The translations under genes and the position numbers were made by a program. Shown one piece after another: positions 58,813-64,000 of a stretch of DNA of 64,000 nt. The DNA is from a virus, in IMG/VR virus record IMGVR_UViG_3300022879_000002, positions 57,876 through 121,875 of that record, one strand, 5' to 3'. Numbering within the stretch: position 1 is the first letter of the stretch; every line of letters starts with the position of its first letter. Below the pieces are notes generated by a model. It searched no databases, was not told where the DNA came from, and worked only from the letters and a program-made list of their open reading frames with translations.

Positions 58813-59540
58813 TGGGTATTTTTATTTGTCCTTTAAAGGGAAACAATATTAGATTGACCTCACCTTTTGGATGGCGTATCAACCCATTTGGTTCTAATAA
58901 GGTTTTTCACCAAGGAGTAGATTTAGCGAGAATGCCAAATACTAATGTAGAAGTAATAGCAAGTGCAGATGGTGAAGTAATTCGTACAGGAAAATTAGGT
59001 ACTTATGGTTATGTTGTGATGATTAGACATACTATAAATGGCAAGCTTATGGATACTAACTATGCTCATTTAAAAAAGGATTCAATTAAAGTGAAAGTTG
59101 GACAAAAAATTAAACAAGGTCAGCCGATTGCTATTATGGGGTCAACAGGTTCGTCTACAGCCCCACATTTGCATTTTGAAATTCATAATGGAATATGGGC
59201 TACTGGTCAACCAAATGCGGTAGACCCTATGAAATACATATCATTGTTAAATTCAATTCAAGAAAATGGAGATGAACTTACTATGTCACAGTACAACGAA
59301 TTGAAGGAAATCATTACTAATCTTCAAAAAGAAAACGTAGAGTTAAAGAAACAATTAGACAACAAATTAGATAAACAAAAAGTAAGACAACCATTAGACT
59401 GTCATAAAGACGATTGGAAATGGTTAAATGCCAATGGCATTACAGATGGCTCAAACCCACAAAATTATATAACTCGTGAGCAAGTTTCTACCATGCTTCA
59501 TAATATGGATAAATTTAATACTAAAAAGTTTAAGAAGTAG
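58809..59540 (+). CDS. endolysin, M23 peptidase
   Basis: HQGVDL, YAHL, STAPHLHFE; located in the lysis module. Confidence 0.85.
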   Translation: MMGIFICPLKGNNIRLTSPFGWRINPFGSNKVFHQGVDLARMPNTNVEVIASADGEVIRTGKLGTYGYVVMIRHTINGKLMDTNYAHLKKDSIKVKVGQKIKQGQPIAIMGSTGSSTAPHLHFEIHNGIWATGQPNAVDPMKYISLLNSIQENGDELTMSQYNELKEIITNLQKENVELKKQLDNKLDKQKVRQPLDCHKDDWKWLNANGITDGSNPQNYITREQVSTMLHNMDKFNTKKFKK

Positions 59541-59610
59541 TAATAATCGTTCATATCCATACGGTGTACAAACAGCATTTTAATCAAATATATATTAGAA
59601 ATATCACATA

Positions 59611-59640
59611 AAGACTATCTTAATTAAGGTAGTCTTTTTT
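59611..59640 (+). terminator. intrinsic terminator ending the lysis module
   Basis: AAGACTATCTT/AAGGTAGTCTT followed by a T tract. Confidence 0.75.
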
Positions 59641-59692
59641 TGTTTGGAGAAACCTTACCCTATTTTTCACTAAAATTAGCATATGAAATACA

Positions 59693-59761
59693 TAAACCAG
59701 ACTTGAACTAATAACGTATATACTCCCCTTTTGTACTAGTTATTGATTCAAGTCTGGTTTA
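59693..59761. repeat. long inverted repeat (15-bp perfect stem plus extension)
   Basis: TAAACCAGACTTGAA (59693-59707) / TTCAAGTCTGGTTTA (59747-59761). Confidence 0.85.
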
Positions 59762-59771
59762 TACAGATTAT

Positions 59772-59882
59772 TTACTTCTTCTTTACATTTTTCTTCTTTT
59801 CCATTACAGGGAATCCACATTTCTCAGATTGCTTTTTTACTCCTTCTATAACCTTACGCTTCTTTTCGTTTATTTTACCCAT
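59772..59882 (-). CDS. 36-aa lysine-rich peptide (not in ORF track)
   Basis: GAGGTG RBS; MGKINEKKRKVIEGVKKQSEKCGFPVMEKKKNVKKK. Confidence 0.55.
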   Translation of the reverse strand: MGKINEKKRKVIEGVKKQSEKCGFPVMEKKKNVKKK

Positions 59883-60037
59883 AATTAATCACCTCATATT
59901 ATTTTAATAAAAGCATAACCATTTTTAATTAAATTAAACGTTCTAGGACAAGTTCACCCGATAATAAAGTTAAGTACGGTCTTGAAGAGGACTAAGGACA
60001 GCAAGTCACTGTCCTAAAATTATTTTGCTATTGGGGG

Positions 60038-60667
60038 TTGAGGGAAGTGAAAAAAATAGGCGAGAGTGGTCAACGCTCAGATAAGAAACGCGATGTTAAG
60101 CCTACGATTAAATTAGATTTAAAAGATACTATATACAGGTTATCTAGTCTTACTTTTACTCCAGTTAAGGATGTTTGTCCTGAATTGTGTATGTATGTAA
60201 TCAATGATAGGGAATCAATCAAAAGCTTGTCCTCAATGTTTAAGCGTGATCTACGATTCGATAACACAATGTTTATTGGTCATAATTCTAACAAGACAAT
60301 AACAAAGAAATTAAATGGATATGGTGAAAGAATAACAATGAGACTTACCTATAATCAATATCAAAAGGTCGCATTATTGGCATTTGCATTAGACTGTACT
60401 GTTTCTAGAACTACTGCTGTATTGTTGGAGATGAGTATGAATGAAGTAAGATTCGTTAATAAGTACGTAAAGAATTACTTGAAGAGCGAATTAACTGAGT
60501 CGCAGCTTAGACAATTTAAAGAAATACTTAAATATGTAAATAAATATGGAGAATCGCAGTACTCTTGGGCTTCCCTACTCGCTCATGTCGTAGATGAGGT
60601 TGGTACTCCAGTCACTAGAATAAGGGAATTTATAAGTGATTTCACTGAATTAAAATGGAGAGAATAA
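60038..60667 (+). CDS. hypothetical DNA-binding-like protein upstream of parM
   Basis: 209-aa ORF with two ribbon-helix-like segments (KRDVKPTI..., RITMRLT...). Confidence 0.6.
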   Translation: MREVKKIGESGQRSDKKRDVKPTIKLDLKDTIYRLSSLTFTPVKDVCPELCMYVINDRESIKSLSSMFKRDLRFDNTMFIGHNSNKTITKKLNGYGERITMRLTYNQYQKVALLAFALDCTVSRTTAVLLEMSMNEVRFVNKYVKNYLKSELTESQLRQFKEILKYVNKYGESQYSWASLLAHVVDEVGTPVTRIREFISDFTELKWRE

Positions 60668-60826
60668 AATGGATGTTTTAAACTGATTTAAATTACTTTA
60701 TTTTTCATAAATATTAATGAATTTGATATTTAAATTATTTAAATAAATACAAAATAATTTAAAACTTGGTTATTTAAATAAAATTTAAACCATATAGTTG
60801 TGTAAAGATGAAATGGAGGTAATTGA

Positions 60827-61663
60827 ATGAAGAATGATGTTACGGGATTAGTGGTTATTGATGATGGTGGTTCAAATACAGTTGTAGTGACAAAAAACGG
60901 AACAGAGGTGTTCCCAAGTGTTAAAGGTATTTATGGAAATAGAACACTAACTCAAGTTACTTCTAAATACGACTTTATAGTGGATTATCGTGGTGAGCGC
61001 TTTGTATTAGGTTCTTTAGCTAAATTTGATTGTGACTACCCTATTCAACTTTTCAGCAAATCTAAACAACATGATTTCTTCGACTTATCAGTTTTAACAG
61101 CAATCCATCAATATGGGTATGCTTCAAATTACATTGTAGTTTCTGTGCCTGTACGTATGCATACTGATGATGAGAAGAATGGAAGAATAAATCGACTTAA
61201 AGGTTCTCATACAATATCTGTAAATGGAGTAATGAAAACTTTCCTCATAACAGATGTGAAAGTAACTGCAGAAAGTACAACTGCGTATTGGGTAAAGCAA
61301 CCAAAAAATGAATCTTTCTATTTAGATATTGGATCAAGAACAGTGAATTACTCTAAAGTGATAAATACAGATGGTCATTGTAGGATGATTGATACAGCAT
61401 CAGGTACATTTTTTGATAAAGGATTAGAGGCTCTAGGTGAAGATTTCAATACTAAAGCATTGGCAGACTATCTTTGTGGTCAATTATTAGCTAAATGGAA
61501 TCCAGATAGTAAGGTTTATTTACTTGGTGGTGGTGCATTAAATGTCGAATTAGTGAATAGAATACAGTACTATTTTAAAAATGCTGAAGTGATGGAAAAT
61601 GCATTAACTGCAAATGCAGAAGGAATGTACGTGCTTGGAGGTATTGGATATGGCATGGATTAG
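60827..61663 (+). CDS. ParM/StbA-family actin-like ATPase
   Basis: phosphate-1 IDDGGSNT, phosphate-2 LDIGSRTVN, adenosine LLGGGA, connect-2 ANAEG. Confidence 0.88.
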   Translation: MKNDVTGLVVIDDGGSNTVVVTKNGTEVFPSVKGIYGNRTLTQVTSKYDFIVDYRGERFVLGSLAKFDCDYPIQLFSKSKQHDFFDLSVLTAIHQYGYASNYIVVSVPVRMHTDDEKNGRINRLKGSHTISVNGVMKTFLITDVKVTAESTTAYWVKQPKNESFYLDIGSRTVNYSKVINTDGHCRMIDTASGTFFDKGLEALGEDFNTKALADYLCGQLLAKWNPDSKVYLLGGGALNVELVNRIQYYFKNAEVMENALTANAEGMYVLGGIGYGMD

Positions 61664-61985
61664 ATCAGAGGAAGAGGTAAATAAAATTATTGAAGATATG
61701 AAGAATAAGAATAAAAATAAATACATTACTCAAGGGGTAACATTTTCTAAAGACAGTGATACTCATATGCAACTTCTTAAATATTGCTTAATGTATTCAG
61801 GTTCATTCAGTGGATTAGTTAAAGAACTAATAGCAAATAGATTTAATGAAATACCCACCAATACAACTAATATTCCAATTATTCATAACAGTAATACGGT
61901 TGCGACATTTAATCATAATGAAGAAGATTTAAATAGTTTTAAAGAAGAAAATACACAAAAAGTGAATACAGGAAATTTCTTTTAA
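61650..61985 (+). CDS. ParR-like ribbon-helix-helix adaptor
   Basis: overlaps the parM stop; GGAGG RBS; QGVTFSKD...LLKYCL...FSGLVKELI RHH-like, disordered tail. Confidence 0.65.
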   Translation: MAWIRSEEEVNKIIEDMKNKNKNKYITQGVTFSKDSDTHMQLLKYCLMYSGSFSGLVKELIANRFNEIPTNTTNIPIIHNSNTVATFNHNEEDLNSFKEENTQKVNTGNFF

Positions 61986-62020
61986 ACGAAAATTAAATTT
62001 TTTAAAGTGTTTAAATCTAA

Positions 62021-62074
62021 TTAAGAAATCATGCAATATCTTTAAATTAATGAAGATAGCACATGATTTCTTAA
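62021..62074. terminator. bidirectional hairpin terminator between convergent genes
   Basis: TTAAGAAATCATG...CATGATTTCTTAA. Confidence 0.7.
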
Positions 62075-62083
62075 TGTCATAGA

Positions 62084-63187
62084 TTATTTAACTGATCCAC
62101 TAACAAAAGTTTTGTTTGGATAGTACATGTTTTTAACAATTATATTCGAACCTAAACATTTAACAGCAGGACAGTGGCAGTTGATACTGTTTGAAATGTT
62201 AGTGTTTAACCACTTGTCGTAGATATTGATTAATGAATCCTCTTTGATATTACCTAGTGCTGCTCCATCGTCAGTAAAATCTGATACTGAAATATCTCCA
62301 GTAAATATGTTTAAGTTCATTCTAGAACGCCCATCTACATCATTTCTGATTGTAGTATTTGATGTATTGTTAATTCTTTGTAGTAAGTCTAAGTCATGTT
62401 TGTCTGAACTACAAGCATAGAACGGTAATGTACCAAAAAGTATCCAAATATCTTCATTTCTGAAGTCTAGAATCTTATTAACAGTATCTCTATATTCATC
62501 TAAATCTATAGTTTCTAAGTTTTCAGCGAAGTCACTGGCATACATTGGATGAATTTCGTGTCGCTTACATAACATTTCGTTAGCGACTTCATTATGAATC
62601 TTTTCGAGATAAGGAACAGTATTGCGATTTAACATCGTTTCTGCAGATACAAACATACCTCCCTTTGAAAGCTCTCTAGCATTATCTAAAATATTTCTAT
62701 ACAACTCTACTCTTTTTTGTATTGAAGGTTTTCTTTCCATCATAGCAAACCCTGTTTCAACAAATTCTTCTTCATTACACCAGTTATGAGAAATATGCAT
62801 AACGTCAAGATATGGAGCAACCAATTCATAATAATCCATTGGTAAAGTTAAATTGGAGTTAATTTGTGTTTTAATATTTCTGCTTTTAGCATACTTAAGA
62901 AGTGGTAATAAATTATCTCTAATTCCCTTTTTAGTTAATAATGGCTCTCCACCAGTAAAACTCATTGTACGAAGAGTATCCACTTCATCTAATTGTCTTA
63001 GGATATCGTCTATTGGAAGTGTGTTATCTTCTTTAGTTGTTAAGGCATATCCAACAGCGCAGTGTGCGCAACGCATATTACAAAGTGTTGTTGTTGTAAA
63101 TTCAATGTTTGATAAAGTTAGCTTTCCATATTCTTCAATGTCATGGTAACTCTCCCATGTGTCGTATGGTTTAGATATAGTGTTCAT
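62084..63187 (-). CDS. yfkA: radical SAM protein YfkAB family
   Basis: EFTTTTLCNMRCAHCAVGY (CxxxCxxC), TGGEP, HISHNW, RHEIHPMYASDFA, C-terminal NCHCPAVKCLG; start MNTISK after AAGGAG RBS. Confidence 0.92.
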   Translation of the reverse strand: MNTISKPYDTWESYHDIEEYGKLTLSNIEFTTTTLCNMRCAHCAVGYALTTKEDNTLPIDDILRQLDEVDTLRTMSFTGGEPLLTKKGIRDNLLPLLKYAKSRNIKTQINSNLTLPMDYYELVAPYLDVMHISHNWCNEEEFVETGFAMMERKPSIQKRVELYRNILDNARELSKGGMFVSAETMLNRNTVPYLEKIHNEVANEMLCKRHEIHPMYASDFAENLETIDLDEYRDTVNKILDFRNEDIWILFGTLPFYACSSDKHDLDLLQRINNTSNTTIRNDVDGRSRMNLNIFTGDISVSDFTDDGAALGNIKEDSLINIYDKWLNTNISNSINCHCPAVKCLGSNIIVKNMYYPNKTFVSGSVK

Positions 63188-63248
63188 GTATAAAAAATCT
63201 CCTTTTCTGCTATACAATTTTCGCATAGTTAAAGGAGAATTTAAAGGA

Positions 63249-64000
63249 TTAGTTACTATATATTATCTTAAACGTAGTATCTTCATAAATTTCAATGTGA
63301 TCAATTAGTACTGCAATTGATTTTTCAGTAAAATCAGTAATTCCAACATCATTAGTAATTTTTCTCAGTAAATCACTTTCGAGTATAGTGGAGACATTGG
63401 TATCACAAAACTCTTTTGATTTTAACCTTCCTGAACAAATATACCTTACATTTTTACCTCCCTTCCTATTGTAAATTTTACCGCATTTAGAACATATAAT
63501 TTTACTTCTGAATAACATTTCCGTATTTGTTTTATCCCTCTTATCTAGCTTTCCAACTCTTTTCTTCAAAATAAATTCAATCAAATCTTCATCATAATCT
63601 AAACCATAATTACTTACTAAATAATCTGTAAAGTCTTCATATTGTAGATTATGTTTTTTCAAAAATGTACACATTGCTGCATAACTATATCCAACCTCGA
63701 TAATATTTTTGGCAATGTAAAACGAGCTATTATAGCTATTGATAAAGTATGTCTTAAACATTGTTTCTGCTTTTTTCCTTTTATTGTCTACTCTCTTCAG
63801 TTGTTTCTGAGTAAGTGACTCCAGAAACATTGAACTATTGATTGGATTTGCCATTTTATCAAATTGCTCTGCGAATTCTGCAAATGCTTCAGATACTATT
63901 TTCGCCTGTTTGCTGATCTCATCAAAGTAGTTAATTTTAATATCAAATTCTTGTTTTACTTTTATTAAACCATTTATATCTTCCGTAACTACAGGAGAAC
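63249..64000 (-). CDS. protein with recombinase-type Zn beta-ribbon at the C-terminus; 5' end beyond the window
   Basis: LFRSKIICSKCGKIY...YICSGR....C motif of serine-recombinase Zn ribbons; reading frame stays open from 63854 to the window edge. Confidence 0.65.
   Translation of the reverse strand, partial: SPVVTEDINGLIKVKQEFDIKINYFDEISKQAKIVSEAFAEFAEQFDKMANPINSSMFLESLTQKQLKRVDNKRKKAETMFKTYFINSYNSSFYIAKNIIEVGYSYAAMCTFLKKHNLQYEDFTDYLVSNYGLDYDEDLIEFILKKRVGKLDKRDKTNTEMLFRSKIICSKCGKIYNRKGGKNVRYICSGRLKSKEFCDTNVSTILESDLLRKITNDVGITDFTEKSIAVLIDHIEIYEDTTFKIIYSN

Larger units (their letters stand above)
1..64000. mobile_element. SPbeta-like large temperate phage/prophage segment (no att ends visible)
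   Basis: YonO-like RNAP, HU, YonK, terminase, portal, capsid, tail, tape measure and lysis genes occur in the order known for B. subtilis SPbeta; AT-rich throughout. Confidence 0.92.

Noticed and set aside
1-64000. tRNA/rRNA genes and arbitrium (aimR/aimP) locus
   Set aside because: No cloverleaf or rRNA signatures and no TPR receptor/peptide pair seen in this window

Overview
The window is an internal ~64 kb segment of a very AT-rich SPbeta-like temperate phage or prophage of a Bacillales-type host; no attachment site or clear host boundary is visible. Order: a leftward accessory/regulatory block (1-6.4 kb: XRE regulators, a double-wHTH protein beside an iteron-like array); a rightward block of small hypothetical genes (7-13.5 kb); a 1.5 kb repeat-bearing intergenic region; then an SPbeta-syntenic late region. 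That region runs YonO-like single-subunit RNA polymerase, HU, YonK, YonJ-like phosphoesterase, terminase, portal, scaffold, capsid, head-tail and tail genes, a YomM-like tyrosine recombinase with a frameshift, tape measure, Dit, Tal, tail fibre, holins and an M23 endolysin. It ends with a ParM/ParR-like partition locus, a YfkAB radical SAM gene and a truncated recombinase-type Zn-ribbon gene. The best-supported unusual feature is that the tape-measure gene is split by two tandem ORF-less group I introns (42054-42338 and 42378-42576) around a 39-nt micro-exon. A free-standing Zn-ribbon endonuclease lies directly upstream, with a structured 5' leader that can mask its own RBS. Other highlights: a duplicated alternative tail-tip cassette, signs of a phage-plasmid lifestyle, a promoter-phased AAATACATA motif, a strongly strand-skewed TCCCCT hexamer and three homopolymer frameshifts. 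Family assignments come from recalled motifs and synteny only; no database search was run.
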